Positions 9,770 to 18,915 of a stretch of 32,000 bases of DNA are shown here, in pieces; position 1 is the stretch's first letter; every line of letters begins with the position of its first letter. A program made the position numbers and the translations under genes. This DNA is from Pseudodesulfovibrio piezophilus C1TLV30. GTDB taxonomy: Bacteria; Desulfobacterota; Desulfovibrionia; Desulfovibrionales; Desulfovibrionaceae. The DNA lies in contig NC_020409.1 of assembly GCF_000341895.1 (NCBI RefSeq), positions 3,028,411 to 3,060,410 of the forward strand, read 5' to 3'. The notes below the pieces were generated by a model, which did not search any database, was not told the DNA's origin, and saw only the letters and a list, made by a program, of their open reading frames with translations.

Positions 9770-11053
9770 CTACAGTGTGGTTGACTCTGTCCTGGGAGTG
9801 TAAACCTTGACCGTGTTTTTACCGCTTTCCTTGGCCTGTTTGAGCGCATACCATGCCGCCTGGATCAGGATGTTCTTGGTACTGCCATTGTGCGGCTCAA
9901 GTTCTCCGACTGAAGCGACCCCGGCGCTGATCGTCACATTGAGGCGTGGCCCTTCCATGGCAAGGTCGTTGACTTCAACGACATTGCGCAACTTTTCGGC
10001 TGCGATGGCCGCGTCTTCCGTCCCTTGAGAAGGGAGAATGATCGCAAATTCCTCGCCGCCATATCGTGCGATGATGTCTGAGGTTCGAATGTTGGCACTG
10101 AGCAGACGGGCGACTTCGGTCAGAGCAGTATCGCCAGCCGGGTGCCCATGAATCTCATTTAATGCGCTCAAATTGTCGATATCAATAAATATGAGAGAAA
10201 GGTTTGTTCCGTAGCGGGCATCTCGGTCTACTTCCTCTCGCAATCGATCAAAAAAAGCATGTCGGTTGATGAGTCCGGTCAGTTCATCTGTGACAGTCAA
10301 TCGGCTTATTCGCCGTTCTGCTTGAGCCAATTGTCGGCGTAGCCGCAAGGTCATAGTGTTCATGATGACAATGATTAGGGCGGCCGTCATCCCGCCGAGA
10401 GCCAGAAATATGAGCAGATTGTCATGAAGGGCTTTCTGCTGATTGGAGATATCAAGATTCAGGGAGATGCCTCCGAGGACATCACCGATTTTGATCCCTT
10501 GTCCGGCATGGCAGAAGAGACAGTCGTCCGTGGCTTTGAGTGGTGCCATATAGCGGAAGAGGGTTCGTCCGTCCCTGGTCTCTTTCTGTGTCGATTCCAG
10601 TGCTCCGTTGTGAAATGAAAGGAGTGCTGTACGTTCAAATGAGTCCGGGGCATTGGCCGCGTTGAGCGGTTTCAGGCCTGCCATGTGGTAGCTGAAAAGA
10701 TCATTGGCATGTGCCAGTCTGGAAATTTCACCGGTCATGGAGGCTGGCGCACTTCGTGTGAGGACATGACCGTCGAGGGTGGTAACGGTTTCGCCTTTCC
10801 AGGGTGTCTGGATGCCGTTGCCGGCTGATTGCTCGACGTAAATATTCCCGTGAGCTGCATGCCACTTGCGGGTCAGCATGATATGTTTGAAGTGTGCTCT
10901 CGAACTTTCAAGCCATTGATTTTGAATAAGCCGTCTGTCAAGCTGATAGATTGCCGAATACAATCCGATGGCGATAAGAACCGCCACCAGGCTTGCCTGG
11001 ACCATAAATGTGATCCTGTCCCTGAAACGACGTGTCTCCCGTGATGTCGTCAT
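9770..11053 (-). CDS. Membrane diguanylate cyclase with periplasmic DUF3365/Tll0287-like CxxCH (c-type heme) sensor domain
   Basis: 427 aa. TM1 is about residues 15-37 and TM2 about residues 213-235. Between them: NAANAPDSFERTALLSF...LFRYMAPLKATDDCLFCHAGQGIKIGDVLGGISL, with CLFCH at nt 10508-10522. C-terminal GGDEF domain has active-site GGEEF (nt 10046-10060) and an I-site RTSD five residues upstream. AAGGA precedes the ATG at 11053. Confidence 0.85.
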   Translation of the reverse strand: MTTSRETRRFRDRITFMVQASLVAVLIAIGLYSAIYQLDRRLIQNQWLESSRAHFKHIMLTRKWHAAHGNIYVEQSAGNGIQTPWKGETVTTLDGHVLTRSAPASMTGEISRLAHANDLFSYHMAGLKPLNAANAPDSFERTALLSFHNGALESTQKETRDGRTLFRYMAPLKATDDCLFCHAGQGIKIGDVLGGISLNLDISNQQKALHDNLLIFLALGGMTAALIIVIMNTMTLRLRRQLAQAERRISRLTVTDELTGLINRHAFFDRLREEVDRDARYGTNLSLIFIDIDNLSALNEIHGHPAGDTALTEVARLLSANIRTSDIIARYGGEEFAIILPSQGTEDAAIAAEKLRNVVEVNDLAMEGPRLNVTISAGVASVGELEPHNGSTKNILIQAAWYALKQAKESGKNTVKVYTPRTESTTL

Positions 11054-11149
11054 GTTCCTTCAACCCCGAATCTGTCAGATTTTCCACCGTGTTGTCAGAA
11101 ATATAAGCAGATTGTGCCTCGGAAGAAAAGAACACTTTTCCGATATGTG

Positions 11150-11201
11150 ATAAAATATCGGCCCGACACGATTCTATCATGCCGGGCCGAGTGCTTTTTT
11201 T
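11150..11201 (-). terminator. Hairpin with T-runs on both sides (possible bidirectional terminator) after the glycosyltransferase gene
   Basis: Stem CGGCCCG (11159-11165) pairs with CGGGCCG (11183-11189) around a 17-nt loop. The minus strand continues ATATTTTAT. The plus strand continues AGTGC-TTTTTTT. It lies 13 nt downstream of the stop at 11214. Confidence 0.4.
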
Positions 11202-11213
11202 ATATCAAGTGCA

Positions 11214-11942
11214 TCAGGGGGTGACTTCTCGTAGGGGAGCAGATGAGTTGTAATCCTTGGAAGCCGGTACCATGCTTCGTTCTCCGGCTAACCTGTCGAG
11301 CAGGTTCTGTTGTCGTCTCGAGAGTGCGTTATGATCGAGATTGCGGCCTGCATCGTAGATGCCGACAATCTCTTCAATAACAGTCATGCTGTGCGCTTTG
11401 CGATGCCAGTTCAGAATATTCAGGTAATCGGCTTCGTACTTGCCTGGATAGTCCCATCCATTGCAACGGTCGACGACCAGTCGGCGGGAAACACACAGGC
11501 ACAAGGGGTCAATATTTCCTTGCCGAACAAGAGAACCTGCGTCTTCCACCGGCAGAAAAGGCTTGTCGAATGCCAGTTGTGTATCAATCCGTCCTATGAT
11601 CATTTCAGCGTCGAAATGCTTCAGGTAGGTACGCAGTGCATGCGGCTTGAGGACATTGTCATCATCTAGGAATATGAGCTTGTCACCGCCCGCTATCTTG
11701 AGCAGCATGTTGCGTATGCCGTTTCCCCAATCATTATCAATGGGTAGGTTGAAGCTTCGAACTGGGTAGACGCTTGTGGGCACACGCCCCTTGACTCCGT
11801 CAAAGCCTATGAGGATTTCCAGTTGTCCCTTTTCCAGTCCTGCGAACCGTGCCGCTTGCTCGACAGAATCCACTGCCTTTTGCAGCGCCTTCGGTCTCAG
11901 GCCTGTGGAGGGGGTGATGATCGAAAAGAGTATGCCTTCCAT
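11214..11942 (-). CDS. Family 2 glycosyltransferase (small, GT-A fold)
   Basis: 242 aa. N-terminal FSIITPS and an acidic LIFLDDDN (DxD) motif are typical of GT2. GGAGG lies 8 nt before the ATG. Confidence 0.75.
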   Translation of the reverse strand: MEGILFSIITPSTGLRPKALQKAVDSVEQAARFAGLEKGQLEILIGFDGVKGRVPTSVYPVRSFNLPIDNDWGNGIRNMLLKIAGGDKLIFLDDDNVLKPHALRTYLKHFDAEMIIGRIDTQLAFDKPFLPVEDAGSLVRQGNIDPLCLCVSRRLVVDRCNGWDYPGKYEADYLNILNWHRKAHSMTVIEEIVGIYDAGRNLDHNALSRRQQNLLDRLAGERSMVPASKDYNSSAPLREVTP

Positions 11943-12149
11943 GGCCGTGACCTCCTCTCCCTCCCCGCGAGTTGTGCGGGTTCTATGGGCGCTTTGCGAC
12001 GCCCTGATTATGCTGTCTTTTCATGAAAAGAACTCTGCTTTTCATTGTCGTTATCGGCGTGGATTACAGATATCTTTAGGTCGGTGACAATGTATTATTG
12101 AAAGTTTCTTCGTCATTGCTGCCGGAGGGGCTGAAGAGCTATCGGCATT

Positions 12150-12196
12150 GAAAATGTGCGAGGCCTCTGACGCATGTGCGTCAAAGGCCTCACATT
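12150..12196 (-). terminator. Rho-independent terminator of nrdD
   Basis: Minus strand: ATGTGAGGCCTTTGACGCA-CA-TGCGTCAGAGGCCTCGCACAT followed by TTTCAA, about 50 nt after the nrdD stop. Confidence 0.7.
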
Positions 12197-12244
12197 CCCA
12201 TTATCCTCATATCCCGCTTCCTCAAACGGGACAGGAGAAACTAT

Positions 12245-14302
12245 CTAATTGCACAGACAATCGCTGAAAACGACCCGGTCCGTGTATTCTGCCTGTTTTC
12301 CCTTGTTCCACCGTGACACAGGTCGATAGTACCCGACTATACGAGTATAGACCTCGGCTTCTTCGCCACAGGTCGGGCATTCGAAATGCTCGCCGAGCAC
12401 ATAGCCATGCTCTTTGCAGATGGAAAAGGTCGGTGTGACCGAAATATAGGGGATTTTGGTCTTGGTGAATGCCTTGAGTATGAAGTTCCTGAGCGCGGCT
12501 GGATCAGTCACAGCTTCGCCGAGAAATGTATGGAACACAGTGCCTCCCGTGTAGAGCGGTTGGAGCTGGTTCTGGTGCTCAAGAGCGTAGAGTACATCCT
12601 CGGAGATACCCACGGGCAAGGCGGTGGAGTTGGTATAATACGGTGTTCCATTGCCCTGGGTCTTGATATCCGGGTAGAGAGATTTGTCGATTTTTGCCAG
12701 ACGGTAGCTGGTCCCTTCCGCCGGGGTGGCTTCGAGATTATAGAGGGAGCCGGTTTCTTCCTGAAAGCGTGAGGTCAGACGGCGAAGGTGGTTGAGCACT
12801 CGTCTCATGAGACGGACGCCGCCTTCGGTTTCAATGCCGCGCCCTATCAAATTCAGACATGCTTCATGGCCTCCGAGCAGGCCTATGGTGGAGAAGTGTC
12901 CTTTGTAGCCATTTTTCAGGTAGCGCTTGGACCATGGGAACATACCTGCATCAAGGTTGTTGTTGATAACCTTGCGCTTGTACTCCAGGGAGTCCTTGGC
13001 CAACTCTGCATATTCGGTGATCAGCTCCAGAAAGTCATCCTCGCTCTGGGCAAGATAGGCGAGCTTGGGCAAGTTCAGGGTGACCACTCCGATAGAGCCG
13101 GTCAGGTCGCCTGCGCCGAAAAGGCCGCCAGTCTTGTTGCGCAACTCTCGTAGATCCATCTGGAGGCGGCAGCACATGGAGCGTACATCTTCAGGCTTGA
13201 GGTCCGAACTGATGAAATTCTGGAAGTAGGGCACGCCATATTTGGCCGTCAGCTTCATGAGCAATTCGCCGATTTCGGATTCCCATGGGAAATCTTCGGT
13301 GACATTATAGGTCGGGATCGGGAATGAGAAGATTCGATCATGGTGATCGCCTTCCAGCATGACTTCAATGTATGCCTTGTTGATCATGCCCATCTCGATT
13401 TCGAAGTCACCATAAGTCAATTCATCATCAAGTTTGCCACCCATGATGATGGGTTCATTGGCAATATGCTTGGGCGCGACGAGATCGAAGGAGAGATTGG
13501 TAAAGGGAGATTGTCCACCCCAGCGGGAAGTGGTGTTCAGATTGAAGACGAACTTCTGCATGCATTGGCGTACCTGCTCGTAGTTCAATCCGTCTTCACG
13601 GACAAATGGGGCAAGGTAGGTGTCAACATTATTGAATGCCTGGGCTCCGGCCCACTCATTTTGGAGTGTGCCGAGAAAATTGTTCATTTGTCCCAGTGCT
13701 GTGTCGAAATGTTTGGCAGGACCGGCAGACGCTCGACCTTCCAGGTTGAATCCTTCCAGAAGAAGGTCTCTCAGGGACCAGCCCGCGCAATATCCGGCCA
13801 GGCCAAAGGACAGGTCGTGGACGTGGAAATATCCGTGTTCGTGTGCGAGACGAATCTCTTCAGGATATTTTTCCAGAGCGTACCGGGCCTGGACAGTGCC
13901 GGACAGGTGCAGCATCAACCCCTGAAAAGAGTGGGTCATGTTGGCGTTTTCATTGACGCGCCAATCTGCTTGATCAAGGTAGGTGTCAATGACTTCCTTG
14001 ATATCAAGATAGGCCGCTTTCTGGGAGCGGAGTTGCCTGCGTTTTTCTCTATAGAGAATATATTTCTTGGCGATTTCGAACTGCCGTGATTCCATGAGAA
14101 TCTGTTCGACAGTATTTTGTACGTGCTCCTGCTCGGGAATCTCGACCCCGTCGAGTTTCTTTTCCACCTTGGCTGCAAGCCGTTTGCTCAGGATCGGGTC
14201 TTTGATACCACTGGCTGAGAGTGCTTTGAAAATTGCATGGGCGATGCGATCAGATGACCACGTCTCCAATCTGCCGTCTCGTTTCATTATCTGGCTGGGC
14301 AT
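12245..14302 (-). CDS. nrdD: Anaerobic (class III) ribonucleoside-triphosphate reductase
   Basis: N-terminal ATP-cone (IMKRDGRLETWSSDRIAHAIFKA). C-terminal CPTCG zinc site and glycyl-radical motif RIVGYYRPVSRWNKGKQAEY. The chosen start is the ATG at 14302, which has AAGGAGG 10 nt upstream. The track start at 14350 has no comparable Shine-Dalgarno (SD) sequence. Confidence 0.93.
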   Translation of the reverse strand: MPSQIMKRDGRLETWSSDRIAHAIFKALSASGIKDPILSKRLAAKVEKKLDGVEIPEQEHVQNTVEQILMESRQFEIAKKYILYREKRRQLRSQKAAYLDIKEVIDTYLDQADWRVNENANMTHSFQGLMLHLSGTVQARYALEKYPEEIRLAHEHGYFHVHDLSFGLAGYCAGWSLRDLLLEGFNLEGRASAGPAKHFDTALGQMNNFLGTLQNEWAGAQAFNNVDTYLAPFVREDGLNYEQVRQCMQKFVFNLNTTSRWGGQSPFTNLSFDLVAPKHIANEPIIMGGKLDDELTYGDFEIEMGMINKAYIEVMLEGDHHDRIFSFPIPTYNVTEDFPWESEIGELLMKLTAKYGVPYFQNFISSDLKPEDVRSMCCRLQMDLRELRNKTGGLFGAGDLTGSIGVVTLNLPKLAYLAQSEDDFLELITEYAELAKDSLEYKRKVINNNLDAGMFPWSKRYLKNGYKGHFSTIGLLGGHEACLNLIGRGIETEGGVRLMRRVLNHLRRLTSRFQEETGSLYNLEATPAEGTSYRLAKIDKSLYPDIKTQGNGTPYYTNSTALPVGISEDVLYALEHQNQLQPLYTGGTVFHTFLGEAVTDPAALRNFILKAFTKTKIPYISVTPTFSICKEHGYVLGEHFECPTCGEEAEVYTRIVGYYRPVSRWNKGKQAEYTDRVVFSDCLCN

Positions 14303-14933
14303 GCTCCGGGGTCCTCCTTGGGGGCACGTACTGTTGGATTTTGAGTTCAAATTCGGGCGGCAGGTAACTCTGGGCTATTTCCATATCGCCGTCAGTGAGA
14401 CCGGGGACGCGGGTTGTTCTGAAGTAAAAAGCATCGGGCAGGGACGCTGCCATTTCAAAGATGCGCTCCAGGTTATGCCGGGCGGCGATTTCGGAAACCG
14501 CCTGCCCTGTCAGGGCCGGATACTTGCCGTATGGCCCTTTGACGTCAACGGCAAAGACATCTGCCAGTTTACAGTGCAAAAGATCTTTGACTATGTCCGG
14601 TCGCATTCCGTTGGTATCAACCTTGACGGGCAGACCAAATCTTTTAATCTCGTACAACAGTTCTCCTACACCATGGATCTGTGTAGGTTCTCCACCAGTC
14701 ACCGTAACACCGTCGAGCCATCCGGCTCTGTCGCGCAGGTATGATTTGATATGTGCGTGGTCAATGACGGGCAGGCTTTGCATGTCCCACGCCAATTGGT
14801 GATTGTGGCATGTGGGGCAGCGTAAGTTGCAGCCGCCAAGAAAAATTATACAGGTCGCACGGCCAGGCCAGTCGCAGAGGCTGAGGTTCTCAAAACCACG
14901 TACGTATTCCCAGACCCCAGCGGGTTCGTTCAT
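14250..14933 (-). CDS. nrdG: Anaerobic ribonucleotide reductase activating enzyme (radical SAM)
   Basis: GCNLRCPTCHN (CX3CX2C) and GVTVTGGEP. The start is uncertain: ATG at 14933 has GGAG 9 nt upstream, and 14948 or the track start 15062 are alternatives. The 3' end overlaps nrdD. Confidence 0.85.
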   Translation of the reverse strand: MNEPAGVWEYVRGFENLSLCDWPGRATCIIFLGGCNLRCPTCHNHQLAWDMQSLPVIDHAHIKSYLRDRAGWLDGVTVTGGEPTQIHGVGELLYEIKRFGLPVKVDTNGMRPDIVKDLLHCKLADVFAVDVKGPYGKYPALTGQAVSEIAARHNLERIFEMAASLPDAFYFRTTRVPGLTDGDMEIAQSYLPPEFELKIQQYVPPRRTPEHAQPDNETRRQIGDVVI

Positions 14934-15700
14934 CCTGTGCTTCTCCATGTTCGTCGGGTGTGGCTCGCGTGCCAGTTGGTAAGGTCGCTGTTTCCCGTTT
15001 TTTCGGGTGGTATGACCCGTCATTTTACTTTCATATGCATGCTTTGAAACGAAGCAGCACATTCTTTGAGAAATATCTTACCAGTCATTTTTTGTACAGG
15101 GGGTATTCTGTGAATATTTGTCAACAGAGGTTGAATTTAGCTGTTTGAGGTAATTAAAGGTGATTTTTATTGGTTATAATATTTTTTCCACATCGATGAA
15201 GAAATAAGGATGACCATAATATCTACCTTTTTTCTCAAACAAGTTTAGAAAAATTTTTTTTCATGCGTAATTGAGAATGGTTTTCGACAGAAGCTGATGA
15301 ATAAGAACAGGAAAAGAATGCTCATGGGCCAGAAAGCGAACTCTGACAAGGGTTGCTGGTTGGGAACATTTTCGGGCGAATTCCACAGCAGGGTGCTGCT
15401 CTCTTTTTCTCTTACAATCAAGTGTCAGAGATCGCATGAAAAAGGAGTGGGAGAGAGGAAGGGGGGAAGCTCTTTGAGTCTTTTCGAGGTGTTCAAGGGC
15501 ATGAGTATCGCGAGGGAAGAGAGTGATTGGGAGTGCTGTATCTTACCCCTTTTTCATACGCCGACCGTGGAATCTTGTTCTGCAATGGTGATCTGAAGGT
15601 GAGTCACCTTGTGAAGCTGTTTTCTGCACTGATTTGACAAAGTTTTGATTCCATACCATGGGGGAAAAAGAATTTTCCTTGAAACAAAAAGAGAATATCC

Positions 15701-16888
15701 ATGTGGCTTGTTATTGTCCTCAGTGTTGCAACATTGTTGACTGTCTATCTCGGCTGGCGGCTGATAAATCCGGCACCCCTTCCCCTCCGGTGGAAACTGA
15801 TGGGGTGGTTGACCGTTGCGCTTCTTCTGTATGGACAACGCCTCGTCTGGGTTCTGTCTCGCTCCGGTCAGCGAGAGGGAGTGCTTTTCACTCTCTTCGA
15901 TTGGGCAGGCTATACCTTTCTCGGTCTGGTTTCCCTGGTCGCCGTGATGATGGTGGTCCGGGACATTCCGATTTTGATACAAAGAACTCTGAGCGGCATT
16001 CGAAAATTGACCGTCAGGCGCAGTAAACGACCATACTTTATCGAGCCGAACAGAGAGCGTCGACGTTTTCTGCTCAATGCCACAAATGCCGCGATCCTGA
16101 CCACGGCAGTGCCTCTGGCCGGTTTCGCCTTTTATGAGGCTCGGAGAGAACCAACAGTTATTCGTAATGAATTAAAGGTGATAGGGCTTCCAGATGGATT
16201 GGATGGATTTACCATTGCCCAGATTTCAGACACCCATATCGGGCCGACCATAGGGAGGGATTGGGTTCGTATGGTCGTGGACGACGTCAATGCCCTCGGG
16301 GCAGACATGATTGTCCATACTGGTGATATGGTCGATGGCTCAGTGGCTCAGTTGAAGGATTCGGTTCGGCCTCTCGCGGATTTGAAGGCTCCATACGGTG
16401 TCTGGATGTGTACCGGGAACCATGAATATTACTCGGGGGTGGAGCAATGGCTGGCAGAGGCTCGTCGCCTGGGCATGACCCCGTTGAACAACGAGAATCG
16501 GATCATTGACACTGGAAAAGGACGTCTTTTGTTGGCCGGAGTGACTGATTATCGCAGCGCACAACGCTATCCGGCGCATCAATCCTCTCCTGGGCAGGCT
16601 AAGTCAAATGCTCCTGAACACGATGTCTCCATCCTTTTGGCGCATCAACCAGTTTCGGTTTATGAGGCGAGTCTGGCTCGATTTGATGTTCAATTATCAG
16701 GGCATACTCATGGCGGGCAGTTCTTTCCGTGGACTTTGGCCATCCACCTTTTTCAGCCCTATGTTCGCGGGTTGAATCAGCATGAGAACACCTTGTTGTA
16801 TATCAATGTCGGTACTGGTTATTGGGGCCCCCCCATGCGTTTGGGTACCGAGCCGGAAATATCCCTGCATACCTTGCGTAAAGCGTAG
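15701..16888 (+). CDS. Membrane-anchored calcineurin-like metallophosphoesterase (YkuE/YaeI-like)
   Basis: 395 aa. Three or four N-terminal TM helices, then the motifs ISDTHIG, TGDMVDG, GNHEY and GHTHGGQ. Confidence 0.85.
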   Translation: MWLVIVLSVATLLTVYLGWRLINPAPLPLRWKLMGWLTVALLLYGQRLVWVLSRSGQREGVLFTLFDWAGYTFLGLVSLVAVMMVVRDIPILIQRTLSGIRKLTVRRSKRPYFIEPNRERRRFLLNATNAAILTTAVPLAGFAFYEARREPTVIRNELKVIGLPDGLDGFTIAQISDTHIGPTIGRDWVRMVVDDVNALGADMIVHTGDMVDGSVAQLKDSVRPLADLKAPYGVWMCTGNHEYYSGVEQWLAEARRLGMTPLNNENRIIDTGKGRLLLAGVTDYRSAQRYPAHQSSPGQAKSNAPEHDVSILLAHQPVSVYEASLARFDVQLSGHTHGGQFFPWTLAIHLFQPYVRGLNQHENTLLYINVGTGYWGPPMRLGTEPEISLHTLRKA

Positions 16889-16985
16889 CGCTCTTGTCTG
16901 GTTCAGCTTGTCTGGAGAACGCTTCGGAGCCCTTTCCCTGGTGCCTCTTAAAGATGGGCGTTGGGAAGAGTGGCGGTGATCATTT

Positions 16986-18770
16986 TCAGAAAGGCCAGAA
17001 TGTCGGGATGAAAAGAGCGGCTCCGCCACAGGCTATGAGAGCCATGGGAATCCCCATTCTCAGGAAATCGGAAAATTTGTAGCCACCGGGACCATAGACG
17101 ATGAGATTGGTCTTGTATCCTATGGGCGTGGCAAAGCAGGCAGAAGCGCCAAAGGCGACTCCGACAATAAAAGGACGTGGGTCCACCCCCAGAGAGTCGG
17201 CGGTGGCTATGGCGACCGGCACAAGGAGGACTGCAGTGGAGTTGTTGGACAAGAAGTGGGACAGGACACTGGTCAGCACGATGATTCCCGTCAGAACCAC
17301 TTGCGGTCCACTCCCACTCAGCAGGGAAAGAAAAGCTCCGGCATAATAGACGTCAGCGCCGGATTTCCGCATGGCGGCACCCAGAGCGATAGTCCCGATG
17401 ATCAGCATCAGAATCTTGACATCCACAGCTCGATAGGCTTCTCGGATACTTAGGCATCCAGAGAGGATCATGCCGAATGCGGCTGCAAATGCCGCAGTCA
17501 GTATGTCTGTCATACCTGTGGCCACGGCCGGAATCATCAACAGAAACAGGCCGAGGGCAATGGGCGCTCGTTTCCAGTTTATGACATCATTGACAACATT
17601 GTCGTTGAGGATGATGAAGTCATCCTTGCGGCGGATTGCGTCCAGGGAGTTTTCCGTAACCTGGGCGAGCAGGACGTCTCCTATGCGGAGCCGCTGGGAT
17701 TTTGCGACCTTCCATGAATAGTGTTCCTGGCGGCGGATGAAGCCGATGATGGAAACATCCTTGAAATAGGCGAGATAGAGATTGTGGAGTGGAACGCCCC
17801 TGACACTGGAGCCTGCGGGAATGAGCAATTCTACCAGCTTGGTGCCGCTGAGGTGGGGAGACTGAAAGCATTCGGCATCACTGCACATGGGGAGAGTCGC
17901 ATCGCCTTTGTCCAATATCTTGGATATTTCATCTACTGTGCCCCGAACCAGAACGTAATCTCCTTCCTTGAGCAGAACTCGACTTCTGGACAGGTCATAG
18001 ATGCGACCGCTCCGATAGACTTCATAGGCCTTGATCTTTTGATAGTCAGGCCCAAGTCCTTCATTCGGGTTGATGCCGATGAGTTGACTCTCCGGGGTTA
18101 CCTCCAGTTCTGACAGATATGTTTCCTGCTCGGTCTCGCTGCTGGCGGCCATGCTGTCATGGGAGGGCATCAAGATATCCGAGAAGAGGAACATGAACAC
18201 ACCTCCGACCAGGGCAATGGGAACGCCGAGGACTGAAAGTTCGAACATGCCGATTGGCGCATGTCCCATATTGGTGGCCACGTCGCTGACAAGAATATTG
18301 GTGGATGTGCCGATCAGGGTGCATGTTCCGGCCAGGATGGAAATATAGGAGAGGGGAATCAGGAACTTGGAGGGTGCGAATCCGTAGCGGACACAAACCG
18401 CCATAATGATGGACATGAAGAGAACCACCACAGGCGTATTATTGAGGAAGGCCGAAAGTGTTCCTACCAGGACCAGGCTCAAAAAAAGTAGTCGGGCCTT
18501 GCTTCCCTTTGTCAGGGCTATTGTCAATTGTGTTACAAATGTCAGCGCGCCTGTGCGAACCAAACCTCGGCTGACCACAAAAAGGGCGGCGACGGCCAGG
18601 GGAGCGGGATTGGCAAATCCTGCCATGGCTTCTTTGGGAGTCAGTTCGCACGTGACGGTCAGGACCACGATAATACCGAGTCCCGTCAAATCGACGGGCA
18701 GTTTCTCACTGATCAATAAGATGACTGCAATGACCAGAATGATGGTCACGATGAGTATATCTGTGGGCAT
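16986..18770 (-). CDS. DASS/SLC13-type anion permease with two central TrkA_C (RCK_C) domains
   Basis: The start is reassigned to the ATG at 18770 (MPTDILIVTIILVI...), which has GAGGA 6 nt upstream. The track start at 18929 adds 53 non-membrane residues. Two hydrophobic permease halves flank a soluble segment of about 190 aa with two TrkA_C-like units (LSELEVTPESQLIG..., KLVELLIPAGSSVRGVPL...). Confidence 0.8.
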   Translation of the reverse strand: MPTDILIVTIILVIAVILLISEKLPVDLTGLGIIVVLTVTCELTPKEAMAGFANPAPLAVAALFVVSRGLVRTGALTFVTQLTIALTKGSKARLLFLSLVLVGTLSAFLNNTPVVVLFMSIIMAVCVRYGFAPSKFLIPLSYISILAGTCTLIGTSTNILVSDVATNMGHAPIGMFELSVLGVPIALVGGVFMFLFSDILMPSHDSMAASSETEQETYLSELEVTPESQLIGINPNEGLGPDYQKIKAYEVYRSGRIYDLSRSRVLLKEGDYVLVRGTVDEISKILDKGDATLPMCSDAECFQSPHLSGTKLVELLIPAGSSVRGVPLHNLYLAYFKDVSIIGFIRRQEHYSWKVAKSQRLRIGDVLLAQVTENSLDAIRRKDDFIILNDNVVNDVINWKRAPIALGLFLLMIPAVATGMTDILTAAFAAAFGMILSGCLSIREAYRAVDVKILMLIIGTIALGAAMRKSGADVYYAGAFLSLLSGSGPQVVLTGIIVLTSVLSHFLSNNSTAVLLVPVAIATADSLGVDPRPFIVGVAFGASACFATPIGYKTNLIVYGPGGYKFSDFLRMGIPMALIACGGAALFIPTFWPF

Positions 18771-18915
18771 GGCATGTCCTCGAACAGAAATTATGGGTCT
18801 TATATGAGACTCTGCCACAGTGTTATGAATGTCAAGTGTGAGGCTGGCTGTTTGTAAAATACCCGGATTTTCGCAAAGGAGCTTGACGCTTTGTATTGAG
18901 AGGTCTAATTGGAGA

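Noticed and set aside
15297-15596. A 99-aa plus-strand ORF in the nrdG/phosphoesterase spacer
   Set aside because: It has no Shine-Dalgarno sequence and an atypical composition partly driven by the homopurine tract (GERKGGSS). No family resemblance. It is treated as non-coding and the region is kept as a finding.
15063-15700. A cobalamin riboswitch upstream of nrdGD
   Set aside because: The minus strand of this spacer contains no GGGAA, GCCACTG or B12-box (GACCTGCC-like) cores. The plus strand has only a partial GGGAAC...GGGCGAATTCC resemblance and lacks the CCCGC-ACTG continuation.
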